A DNA stretch of 64,000 bases from a virus (taxonomy: Duplodnaviria > Heunggongvirae > Uroviricota > Caudoviricetes). The position numbers and the translations under genes are program-made. The stretch lies in IMG/VR virus record IMGVR_UViG_3300033067_000531, one strand, 5' to 3'. The notes below the pieces were generated by a model, which was given only the letters and a program-made list of their open reading frames with translations, ran no database searches and had not been told where the DNA came from. Positions 53,795 to 63,700 of the stretch are shown piece after piece (position 1 is the first letter of the stretch; every line of letters starts with the position of its first letter).

Positions 53795-56281
53795 TTAGAA
53801 TGTGCCACCTGTAATTAGTGAGGCTTGGACGATTCCTCCAACATAAACATTACCTGCAGCACCAATACCACCTGATACCACGATTGTTCCTGTGGTTGTA
53901 TTGGTACTGTCTATCGCTCCATTTGCTTGTAACTGGTCAAAGTAACCAGTTGATGTACCTAGTCCACCTGAAACGGTAAATGCCGCACCACCAGAACTGG
54001 TTAACGAAATGGATCCTGAATCGGAGTTGGAACCAATAGTTGCACCTTCTAAGTCGATAGTGTTGCCGGCGATGTATAGTTTTCTCCAACGTCTAGTAGG
54101 AGAACCCAAGTCATACATCAAATTCTCATTCGGTAATAAGTGACCTGAGTACAGGTTGGCGGAGAATACACCATTTTGACCAACTGTCAGTGTATTGTTA
54201 ATGACCAATGCACCAGACATTGTATCACCAGACTTCAATACAGAGTTGTTAGCACGTGTAAATGCACCGTTGGCATACGAGGCCGCATTGTTTGCCTGAA
54301 TAAAACCAGCATTTGCACGTACAAATGCACTGTTGGCATAAGAACCGGTTAAGGTGATGTTTGTATTTTGTGAAACGTCAACACCCTGCACGACAGTGAT
54401 ATCACCACCAACAGTATTGGCCTTATCAAACGCAGCATTAGCAAACAAACCTGCACCAATTGCGGTAGATAATCCTGTGTTTGCTTGAGCAAATGCAGCA
54501 TCTGTGTTTGCGCTGTTGGTGTTTGACTTTGCAAAAGCACTATCAGCTAAAGAAGCCGCAGTGTTTGCCTTAGTGTATGCACTGTTGGCATAAGATGCAA
54601 CCAAAACTATGTTGTTGGAAGAAGTATTTGCTACTGCAAAAACAACGTTTGCTTGAGTGGATGCTAAGTTTGCCTGTGTAAAGGCACCGTTGGCATAGAT
54701 TCCGACAGTATTGGCTCTCAGATAAGCACCATTAGCAAACACACCTGAAGCGATGGAAGTTTGTTCTGCGGTGTTTGCTTGATTAAATGCAACGTTGGAA
54801 CGTATGAACGCAGCGTTTGCTTGGTCAAAGGCCGAGGTGGCTAGTGTGTACGACAGGTTTGCGGTTGAGAATGCCGCATTAGCCTGATTAAATGCATCAA
54901 CACTTGAACCACCACCGCCACCAGTATTTGCCAATTCATATGCTGCATTAGCCTTTGCATATGCGGAGTTTGCCAAATCGGTAGCTGTATTAACTGCACC
55001 ACGCACCCAAGTATCGGTCGCATTATTTGCCGCAGACCATGCAAGGTTCGCGGTGTTGAATGCTGCTGTTGCTGTATTCTGTGATGAACCAGTTGCAACA
55101 GTCAATGTTGAGATACTTGGTAAAACAGATAGTGTTAGTGTGTTATAGTTTGTATTTGCCTTGGCGAAAGCACCATTAGCATAAGAACCGACCTCTGTTA
55201 CACTGGAAGATAATGTGTTTGCAGAATCAAAAGCTGCCTGTGCCAAAGAGTTGGCAGTATTTGCACGAACGAATGCTGCATTGGCTTGACTGAAACCAAG
55301 AGTTGCGGTGTTACTTGCTGTGTTTGCGGTATTGTAAGCACTGACCAAATAAGGTGCAACGTTAATACCATTGACAATTGCATAGTTTGCAATTATGTTA
55401 CCTTTGAAGAACGCAGCATTAACGTTAGAGTATGCAAACGATGGGTCCGTAACATCAATTAAGTTGGATGAAGTGATGAATGGTGTGTAACCCTGGAAAA
55501 AGTTCCATTCTTTTGTGGTTGGGTTACGGAACAAACCTGTTTTGGCCAATGTTCCTGCATTGTAATAACCATACAAACCAATATCAATTGCATCCGAACT
55601 GATGTTGTTATTTGCTAATGCAATTAATGGGTCTGTCACATACACATCAGTTGTAGAAACAGAGAATACATTACCTACAACAGAAAGGTTACCAGAAACA
55701 GTTAAGTTATTGGTGATGGATAATGAACCATTGATAGTTCCTCCTGTATTTACCAATGCATTGTTTGCCTTGGAGTATGCGGAGGTTGCCAGACTGGTTG
55801 CCAGTGCAATATTGGTGTTTTGTACTAAGTCTACACCGTAAATATTTGTTACGTTGTTTGCTTGTGTAAACGCAGCGTTAGCCTGTGCATAAGCTAGTTG
55901 TGCCACCGCAGCATTGTTTGCAGCAGCAAATGCCGCATTAGCTAATGTTGTTGCAGTGTTTGCCTGATTGTATGCTTGGTTTGCACGTAGATGAGCACTG
56001 TTGGCAGTACCAAATGCTGACGTAACTGTTGCACTTGAACCTGCTGCATTAGCCGCAGTGAATGCTGCTGTTGCAGTATCGTATGCCACATTGGCACGAC
56101 CAAATGCACTGTATGCAGTATTAACAACTGTGTTACCACCAATAACGATTGCGTTACCGGAAGTGTTACCGATGTAAAGTGTTTGATTTACGAACGAGTA
56201 TGCTGGTTGACCATCAAGTAAGTATGATGGTTCTGTATTAGCATACGAACGAAGTATTTGAATTGGTGAGGTATTTGCCAT
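53795..56281 (-). CDS. 828-aa fibre stalk protein with Mtd_N-like N-terminus
   Basis: IQI.RS.....P..L.DG..AYS.....LYIG N-terminus; V.DP.I.L...N..D..DIG.YG module; heptads; YDLGS...RWR.LY; ends ITGGTF. Confidence 0.85.
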   Translation of the reverse strand: MANTSPIQILRSYANTEPSYLLDGQPAYSFVNQTLYIGNTSGNAIVIGGNTVVNTAYSAFGRANVAYDTATAAFTAANAAGSSATVTSAFGTANSAHLRANQAYNQANTATTLANAAFAAANNAAVAQLAYAQANAAFTQANNVTNIYGVDLVQNTNIALATSLATSAYSKANNALVNTGGTINGSLSITNNLTVSGNLSVVGNVFSVSTTDVYVTDPLIALANNNISSDAIDIGLYGYYNAGTLAKTGLFRNPTTKEWNFFQGYTPFITSSNLIDVTDPSFAYSNVNAAFFKGNIIANYAIVNGINVAPYLVSAYNTANTASNTATLGFSQANAAFVRANTANSLAQAAFDSANTLSSSVTEVGSYANGAFAKANTNYNTLTLSVLPSISTLTVATGSSQNTATAAFNTANLAWSAANNATDTWVRGAVNTATDLANSAYAKANAAYELANTGGGGGSSVDAFNQANAAFSTANLSYTLATSAFDQANAAFIRSNVAFNQANTAEQTSIASGVFANGAYLRANTVGIYANGAFTQANLASTQANVVFAVANTSSNNIVLVASYANSAYTKANTAASLADSAFAKSNTNSANTDAAFAQANTGLSTAIGAGLFANAAFDKANTVGGDITVVQGVDVSQNTNITLTGSYANSAFVRANAGFIQANNAASYANGAFTRANNSVLKSGDTMSGALVINNTLTVGQNGVFSANLYSGHLLPNENLMYDLGSPTRRWRKLYIAGNTIDLEGATIGSNSDSGSISLTSSGGAAFTVSGGLGTSTGYFDQLQANGAIDSTNTTTGTIVVSGGIGAAGNVYVGGIVQASLITGGTF

Positions 56282-56502
56282 TAGTATGTTCCGTTGTCAA
56301 TCGCAATCACAACACCTGATGCAGGTCCAATAACAAAACTATTGGTGGATGCTTGGTAAATAATGGCATAACCATCGGCCGCACCAGTTAATGATAAGTC
56401 CGATGCACTTTTTAATGTTCTAGTACCGTATGATAGTGCGGTCACAGATGGTTTATTTTGACCAACTGTAACTCTTACGGTTGATGGTGGTGTTGTTGCC
56501 AT
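56281..56502 (-). CDS. Small virion protein (73 aa)
   Basis: TAATG-coupled to the next gene; L..A.D....GA.DG..I.Y.A.T..F module; ends IDNGTY. Confidence 0.7.
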   Translation of the reverse strand: MATTPPSTVRVTVGQNKPSVTALSYGTRTLKSASDLSLTGAADGYAIIYQASTNSFVIGPASGVVIAIDNGTY

Positions 56503-56504
56503 GA

Positions 56505-56855
56505 TTACCTCGTAACACTTGGAGATACATCTATTACACCTTCTAAAATTCTGACAACCGTATTCGCGGTATTTGGAGCTCCAGGAAAAGAAACTATTGT
56601 GTCATACACATAACGACCAGGTGCAATATTTGCTGTTTGATTTGAGTCTAAAGATAAAGCAATGGTCGCAGAGGATTCATCAATCGTTGTAGTGAATTCC
56701 GCTGTTGTACTGGTTGAATAGTAAGATTTTCTAATTTGACTTTTCGCTGTTGCGTTACTCAAATCATAGTTGTTACCATACACATCATCCAAAGCAATGG
56801 AAATGTCGAACGATGCACCTTTTTCCAAATATAAATTTTGATATCCTGCTGCCAT
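56505..56855 (-). CDS. BppU_N-like / baseplate-type adaptor protein
   Basis: NL..E.GA.F, DL...TA..QIRKSY.S, I.L.L...QT..I..GRY.YD, V.RILEG...VSP.VTR; GATAAATA late motif upstream. Confidence 0.7.
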   Translation of the reverse strand: MAAGYQNLYLEKGASFDISIALDDVYGNNYDLSNATAKSQIRKSYYSTSTTAEFTTTIDESSATIALSLDSNQTANIAPGRYVYDTIVSFPGAPNTANTVVRILEGVIDVSPSVTR

Positions 56856-56889
56856 ATTTTACCTTTTTTAGGTATTTATCACACACTGT

Positions 56890-57693
56890 TTAAGATTTTG
56901 TCACGTGCGCTTGAACATATAATGTTCCACCAACGTTGTTATTTCCTGTATAACAATAGATGGATCTCGCATCAGCCGACATAGGTAAAAAGGTTGCACC
57001 AGACATGTACATACCGGAACCACCATCGCCTTTGGCTGGACCATCGTTTGTGCCGTGGACGGATAGTGTACCTAATGTAGAACCTGCACCGTTTCTGACT
57101 TGTGCATAGAAAGTGCCACCATTATTGTTACCACCCCAAACTTGTGCCCACACATATACACCAATGCAGTTTGCTGGCAAGGTATAAACGCCACCGTTAC
57201 CGACACTAAAGTTGCCGGTATAAGTTACGTTCCAGCCAACAGTTGCCGCTGTGATTCTAGACTGCACAAATTCGGTGGTTGCAATTTTGGTGGAATTGTC
57301 TGTACCGGATTGAGTGGTAGAAAATGCCGCTGTGTTTGCTGAGTTAACGTTTTTATTGGCATCAGCTGTATTATCAACGTTGCCTAAACCAACTTTTGAT
57401 TTACTTAAAGTTAACCAACTTGGATCACTATAAGAACCGTTAGTATATACACCATTTGCAACACTACCTGCACTTCCTGTGACATTAATGTTGTATGTTG
57501 CAGAACTGGCCAATTGACTTGGAGTTATAACACCTGAAATGTTGGTGTTTGCCACTGTAGGTGTTGCATTACCAGCATAAGTTAATCTACCCTGCGCATC
57601 AACTGTAAACACAGCTTGTTGTGAGGGACCACCATAAGTTCCTGCGGTAACTGAGGTGTCAGCCAATGTGGAAGGTTTTACCTTTTGTGTCAT
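56890..57693 (-). CDS. Tail fibre-associated protein (267 aa)
   Basis: V.AGTYG......VDAQGR.T.A and SKVGLGNVDNTAD..K fibre motifs; shares a block with 57690-60512. Confidence 0.75.
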   Translation of the reverse strand: MTQKVKPSTLADTSVTAGTYGGPSQQAVFTVDAQGRLTYAGNATPTVANTNISGVITPSQLASSATYNINVTGSAGSVANGVYTNGSYSDPSWLTLSKSKVGLGNVDNTADANKNVNSANTAAFSTTQSGTDNSTKIATTEFVQSRITAATVGWNVTYTGNFSVGNGGVYTLPANCIGVYVWAQVWGGNNNGGTFYAQVRNGAGSTLGTLSVHGTNDGPAKGDGGSGMYMSGATFLPMSADARSIYCYTGNNNVGGTLYVQAHVTKS

Positions 57694-60512
57694 TTAGTTT
57701 TTCCTTTTAATTCTTCAACTTCAGCCTTCAGTTCCTTGATAGCTTCAATCAGAACTGGAACCAATTTTGCATAGTTCAATGTCTTAAAGTTATCACCTGA
57801 TTGCGAAACGATTGTTCCGTCAGCCAATGTTTCCATATCAAACGGTGCAAGATTGATGACTTCAGGGAATAATGCTTCAACTTCTTGAGCACTGACACCC
57901 AACTGAACTCTATCGTCAGTGAAACCTTTTTCTTTGGCCAATTCGTTATTTACATAACGGAAACCATTCAGTTTACATACAGATTCTAGAGCACCTGTTA
58001 TGTTACCTTTTCGTTCCTTCAATCTTTCGTCAGAGTAGTAAGCAATAACGTCACCACCAGCAGCAATTGTTGATGGTGAGTAGAATCCCTTGGAGTTATA
58101 TGTTCTAACCCAAGTTGTGTCTTGCATAAAGATACCACCTGCGTAGGTTGCATTATACCAACCAGCATCACCTTCACTTCTCCACCAACCATCTGTTCCG
58201 TTGGTGTATGCTGATGCACCAGACAAGTACTTGGCATATCCTGGAGTATATCCTGCATAGTTTGCATAGTTAACACTCTTATTTGCATCAGCAGTATTGT
58301 CGGCGTTACCCAAACCAACTTTGGCTTTGGTTATTGTCAACCAACTTGGATCACTATATGAACTATTGGTATATACACCATTGGTTACTGTACCAGCATT
58401 ACCTGTGATGTTGTGATTATATGTGTAACCAGTGTTTGCCCATTCTGTGACCCAGTTTGTTGTTGCAATCCAAGTGTTACTTGTAGTCATTGAAGCTTTT
58501 GTAGACGTTGGTACACCTGTGAATGTAGGTGAGGCCAATGGTGCCTTTCTTGTTTCAATGTCTTGTATTGCCAACTGAACAGTGTTTGCTGTCGAAGTAA
58601 TACCACCAAATGGTGCAGTGAATGTGGTTACGTTTGCGGAATTAATCCATGTGTAGAAACCATCAACTTCAGCCATCACAGTATCGCCGTTGTTTAACGG
58701 AGTATTCATTCTAACGGATGTAGTGGAAAGTTCTGTGTAATCTGCTGTGTACTGACGAACACCGTTGATGTACATGCGAAGTTGTCCTGAGCCAGTTACA
58801 TATTCTGGTGTAACAAAATCGGTTTGGTTTTCAGCCGCAGTATAAGACAATCTGTTGGTTGAAATTCTTGTACCGGGTTGAGCACCGCCACCGCCACCGG
58901 CGCCACCAGCTACCCAGTTAAACGAAGCACCAAGACCACCTGTTGTACCTAAAATATATCCACTTGGAACACCAACAGTCGATGGCAATAGGTTTTGTAA
59001 TGCAACTGCGGATGATTGAGCACCAGTGCCACCTTGTGTTACGGGCAAAGCATTTGTCAATGTCAATGAATTGAAGGTTGGACTTGCTGTTGCTCTAACA
59101 TCTTGCGGTGTGTTAACAGTAAATGTATTTGCTGAACCTGTAAAGGTTACACCGTTTGTGCTAGTGAATCTTACTGAACCGTTTGCGGGAACCATTTGTC
59201 CACTTGTACCAACAAAGGTATTTGCAGAGGTGTTTGCTCGTTCATAAGATGAGTTAGCTCTATTGAATGATGGTGTAATTTGTGGTGCAACGTTGTTTGC
59301 AGTATCAAACGCAGCATTTGCACGACCATAAGCAGCATTAGCATACACGCCAGTGTCTGCAATATTCAGTTGCAAGAAGTTGTTGGCAGAAAGAATCAAA
59401 CCATTCAACGTATTTGCCATATTAGCCGAAGCTGGTTGAACAATACTTGTTGAAGTTAACGTGTTGTTAATCTGTTGTGTTGTTAATACACGATAGAATT
59501 GGTTGTTCGATACATCATTAATATCCCAATAAGATGATGCTTCATTCCAACGAATGGTTGCTGAGTTGGAACTAGGACCACGGTCAATTGTGTAGTAACC
59601 GTTGTAACCACCGTTAACACCAGAATTTAAGGTGAATGTGTTTGAAGTATACAGTGTTTCACCCAACACGGTGAAGTCACCTGAGATAGAGAATTCACCG
59701 GTAACATTCAAGTTTTTAAGGAATGCTGTGGCATTATTTGCATCCAGTGTGGTACCAATGTTTGCAGTTGGTGTACTGATGGTACTGGATGTAAGTGTCG
59801 ATGTACTAATTGCCGAAGCATTAATGGAGGTATTTGACTGTAGGTTATTGATGTAACCTGTTGATACCGTTAGGTTATTTGCTGTTGCAACATGAAGTTG
59901 TGTTGTTGCCAAACTAGCATCCAAAAGACCTGTCACATAAGCAATCGGTGTAATTGTGCTTGTGTTTGCAATGAATCTGTTGGCAATTACTGTACTGTTA
60001 ACGTAGGTGTTCTGTGTAACCAACAAGTTATTTGCAACGTTGGTTGTACCTTGAATGTAGGTTTCACCACCAATAGTAACGTTCTTGGCAATAACCAGGT
60101 TGTTTGCACTGTATACGTTGCCTGTAACAAATGTGTTTCCACCAACAGTGATGTTGTTTGTGGAGATGATACTGTTACCTGATGCGTTCGCAAACAACAA
60201 ACCATATACATTGGCCTGACCATAGTTGGTTAAACCGATTGTGTTGTTTGTAAAGTAGACTTGACCATCAACTCTTAGATTGTTGTCAACGTGTGCGTAA
60301 GAACCGATACCTTGGACTTTTAGACCACCTTGTACAACCGCATTGTTTGCTACTTGTAAGCCTAAATCAGGTTCATTTAAGAATAAAGTACCTGTTTCTT
60401 TGGTATAATTGTTAGCTGCAAGTGTATTGTTTTCTCTTGCCAGTGCGTTTTGATTGGTAACTAATTCACCAAAGGTGTTACCATAACTTAGAATGGAAAC
60501 TGTATTAGCCAT
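57690..60512 (-). CDS. Tail fibre with C-terminal intramolecular chaperone (peptidase S74)
   Basis: C-terminal YYSDERLK...GVSAQEV..LFPE...LNYAKLVPVLIEAIKEL..EV..LK; N-terminal NTFGE...QN.L baseplate-anchor-like motif. Confidence 0.88.
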   Translation of the reverse strand: MANTVSILSYGNTFGELVTNQNALARENNTLAANNYTKETGTLFLNEPDLGLQVANNAVVQGGLKVQGIGSYAHVDNNLRVDGQVYFTNNTIGLTNYGQANVYGLLFANASGNSIISTNNITVGGNTFVTGNVYSANNLVIAKNVTIGGETYIQGTTNVANNLLVTQNTYVNSTVIANRFIANTSTITPIAYVTGLLDASLATTQLHVATANNLTVSTGYINNLQSNTSINASAISTSTLTSSTISTPTANIGTTLDANNATAFLKNLNVTGEFSISGDFTVLGETLYTSNTFTLNSGVNGGYNGYYTIDRGPSSNSATIRWNEASSYWDINDVSNNQFYRVLTTQQINNTLTSTSIVQPASANMANTLNGLILSANNFLQLNIADTGVYANAAYGRANAAFDTANNVAPQITPSFNRANSSYERANTSANTFVGTSGQMVPANGSVRFTSTNGVTFTGSANTFTVNTPQDVRATASPTFNSLTLTNALPVTQGGTGAQSSAVALQNLLPSTVGVPSGYILGTTGGLGASFNWVAGGAGGGGGAQPGTRISTNRLSYTAAENQTDFVTPEYVTGSGQLRMYINGVRQYTADYTELSTTSVRMNTPLNNGDTVMAEVDGFYTWINSANVTTFTAPFGGITSTANTVQLAIQDIETRKAPLASPTFTGVPTSTKASMTTSNTWIATTNWVTEWANTGYTYNHNITGNAGTVTNGVYTNSSYSDPSWLTITKAKVGLGNADNTADANKSVNYANYAGYTPGYAKYLSGASAYTNGTDGWWRSEGDAGWYNATYAGGIFMQDTTWVRTYNSKGFYSPSTIAAGGDVIAYYSDERLKERKGNITGALESVCKLNGFRYVNNELAKEKGFTDDRVQLGVSAQEVEALFPEVINLAPFDMETLADGTIVSQSGDNFKTLNYAKLVPVLIEAIKELKAEVEELKGKTK

Positions 60513-60732
60513 TTGAACCTTTTTCCAGTAATTGTTTTAATAACAGTTTTATGTCCGATACATCGGACTTGATGCTGTTCATTTCTTGCTTGATGGTATT
60601 TATTTCTTCCCTTTGGGTGGCCATCATTTTTCTTTTCATTTTATACTCCTCCAGGCCTGATGTGTCTTTGTTCAACAAGGCCATGGAGTTTGTGTCACGC
60701 ACAAAATTACTATCGGATACTTTGACTAACAT
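60505..60732 (-). CDS. Small conserved coiled-coil protein
   Basis: FVRD.NS.A.LN.D....EEYK.KR, EIN.IK.E...IK.D...IK.LL..L. Confidence 0.75.
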   Translation of the reverse strand: MLVKVSDSNFVRDTNSMALLNKDTSGLEEYKMKRKMMATQREEINTIKQEMNSIKSDVSDIKLLLKQLLEKGSNG

Positions 60733-60734
60733 AA

Positions 60735-63700
60735 TCAGAACGCAGTATTAACGTTAGGTGGAAGAGCGATTGCACGTAAATCATATACAACTGGCACAGA
60801 AGTAGAATCTGGAGTTGTCAATACAACTTTGATTGCAAACTGGTTGAATGTGTTATACACAACACCACTTACACCAGAGGCATAAGATACGTAACCTTGT
60901 TCAACACCATCAACACCTGGAGCAAAGGTGAATTCAATAAAGTCATTTCTGTTTGTTGAATACTTTGTACCAGAGTTATTGGTTGCAGTCATTAATTGCC
61001 ATTGACCGTCTTCAAAAGTCTGTGTGTCGTTACGACTTAGAATTTTGTAGTACACATTGATATCTGTGTTTGTTGGACGGTATGCAGTCAAGTAAACATT
61101 CAAGTCACCTGAATCCAAACCTTGTGTCAACACAACTTTCTTGGTTACATAACGAGCCAAGGCATTACCACCACTCTTAGATGTTTCACCTGCAATTAAT
61201 ACAGTAGCACCAGTTCCTGGTGTTGTGTTTGCATCGGTGATAGTAACAGTTGGAGTTGTGATGTATCCAGAACCTGGTTCTGTGATGTAGATTGCATCAA
61301 CAACACCATTAACAACGTTTGCTGTTGCAAATGCTTGTACACCGTTTCTTCCTGTTGGTGCAGAAATGGAGACAGACACGTTAGAACTTTGATTGTTACT
61401 GTAACCAGTACCACCACTTACAACAGTGATTAGGTTATTAGACAATTCACAGTTGTTTACATTCCATTTAACAGCGAATGTGGATAAACCAGCATCAGAG
61501 ATAATAGGAGAAACTGCGTTGTCGTTTGAGGACAATGTTGCAGTCAACAACAAAGATGTATCACTGTTGGCCAACAATACACGTTTGCCTTTGCCGTCAT
61601 CCAAGTAAATATCATCTTGTGTTGGTGTACCAAACTTACCTGGATTAATATTCACTGTACGAGCAGAACTGCCACCTTCTAGTGTGGCGGTGTAACGGTA
61701 ACTGATGTTTGTGGTTGTTGGAATGAAATCTGTTGTTGTGATGTTAAACGCATCAACCAAAACGTCACTGTTTGTTACCAAGTCTGCTGATGTGGAAATA
61801 TTGTTGGCCTCTTGTTTGTACAACAAACTTTGGTTGAACAATGTTCTTTGTGGCAACTTTCTAGGAACAGTATAACTGATTGCAGGATTTGCAGCAGTGT
61901 TGAACACGCAACGATCCAAAACAAACATTAACGATTGGTTTTGGTCAACAGACCATGTTTGTGAGTTCTGAGAGATGAACAAACCACCAACATATGGTGC
62001 AGAACCAATCTTAGTTGATTGTTCTGGTGTTGGATCGGTCGGTAAATTCTTGGTTGAAGACTTCAACGCAGTGTCACCATTCGATGCTGTCCACAATGTA
62101 TACTCTTTAGAGTTAGATTTCAAGATGAACGCATACAATACGCCTGGTTGGATGTAAATTGGTGCATTGAACTTGAAACTTGTTTTTGCGTTTGCGTCCA
62201 AGTATTGTGGTGTCTCAGAAGTCTTCACTTTATCTGGAGACATTGTAACAATCGAGTGACCAATTGTTTCACCTGTAGGATAACCATTCAGTGTGTTAAC
62301 AATGGACAATGTGATTGGTGAATTGTCAGATGTTGGTTTGGTTCTAAAGAAGAACGATGCGGAATCTAAGAAGAAACCATTTGGATAGTTTTCTTTAGAC
62401 ACAATGAATGTTTGTGCAACTGGGTCCCATGCATTGTTAGCATACTCTACTGTGTTAAATGTCTTAGTAACACGCATGGTGTTCTTTGCACCAGCAGGAG
62501 ATGCACCAAAATCCAAACCTTGTTGTGTTACTTGTAGACCTTCTGCATAGAAACTACTTTCACAGTAAGTTGTCTCGGAACCAGAATTTCCACCTGAGTT
62601 GTCGATTCTGAATACACGTTGACCAGTATGGAATGAGTTTGCAGGAAGGTTGAATACACCATAAACGGAACCAGTTTCGTTTGACTTTATTGTTCCGATA
62701 GAGTAACCATCATTCACCGCAGCAGTCACTGATGTGGCCAAGATTGCTGTTTGGTTTGCACCATAGTATGCAGTAATTTCGGCCGACTGACCAACACCTG
62801 TACCACTGATGATATTGATTGTGTTACCAGTAAAGTAACCATCAATACTTGGTGCCAATGAAGACAAACGCAAGTTGGTGGATGTGTTGGCAAATCTTAA
62901 TTGGCCGCCTTGGTGTGCTGTTGATACCAATGTACCATATGCGGTATTACTCGTGTATGTACCTGCACTGTTGAACTTAGCGTTCTGGATTGTGTTGTTT
63001 GTGGTGTAAGTTGTGCTTGACGCATCAGCTGCAACATACAATCTTACGGTTGTTGCTGTCTTTTGGAACACACCAATTACTCTACCTGTAGGATAGAATA
63101 CGTTACCACTGTAATAACCGATAACATCACCTTCTTGGAATGATCCAGTTACACCAGACAATTCTAGAATGTTACCTTTACGGAAGTAGTTGTCTACGTT
63201 TTCACCGTCAAAGTATGTGTTAACAACAGTGTTGAACAACAAACCTTCTCCACGAACCACAATTTGTTGTGGACGGATGTAAGGTAGAATAGAAATGTCG
63301 GTCACATAACCATTATTCAATGCGTATGTGTTACCAATATTGTTGTATGTACCGTATACAGTGGAAGAACCTCCAGTGTATGTTGTTGCAACAGACTTCT
63401 CACCGATACCACGACCATAACCCCAATCAGCTGAAGTGTGATTAACTTTGGTTGTAGTGGTTGTTCCTGTTACTGTCTTCCAGTCACCTGTTGACAATAC
63501 GTTAACTGTGTTTCCTGATTGGAACACTTGTAGGTTAGGATCCACAATCAATAACGATGGTGCATACTCGGTATCAACCCAGTTGTCTACGTTAGGACTG
63601 ATGGACAAGTTACCTTCTTTAGAAGATAATGCAAATGGGTTTACGTTCACTGTACGTGATGCAAACTTTTGTGATGCAACGTTTGCTGTTGTGTATGGCA

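Noticed and set aside
44554-56281. Periodic repeats resembling a CRISPR array or satellite
   Set aside because: Repeats are degenerate, 21-bp-periodic and in frame within long ORFs (protein heptads); no constant repeat/unique spacer pattern and no cas genes.
57343-58420. Possible diversity-generating retroelement TR/VR pair
   Set aside because: Differences are not adenine-specific, both copies are mid-gene and coding, and no reverse transcriptase is in the window.
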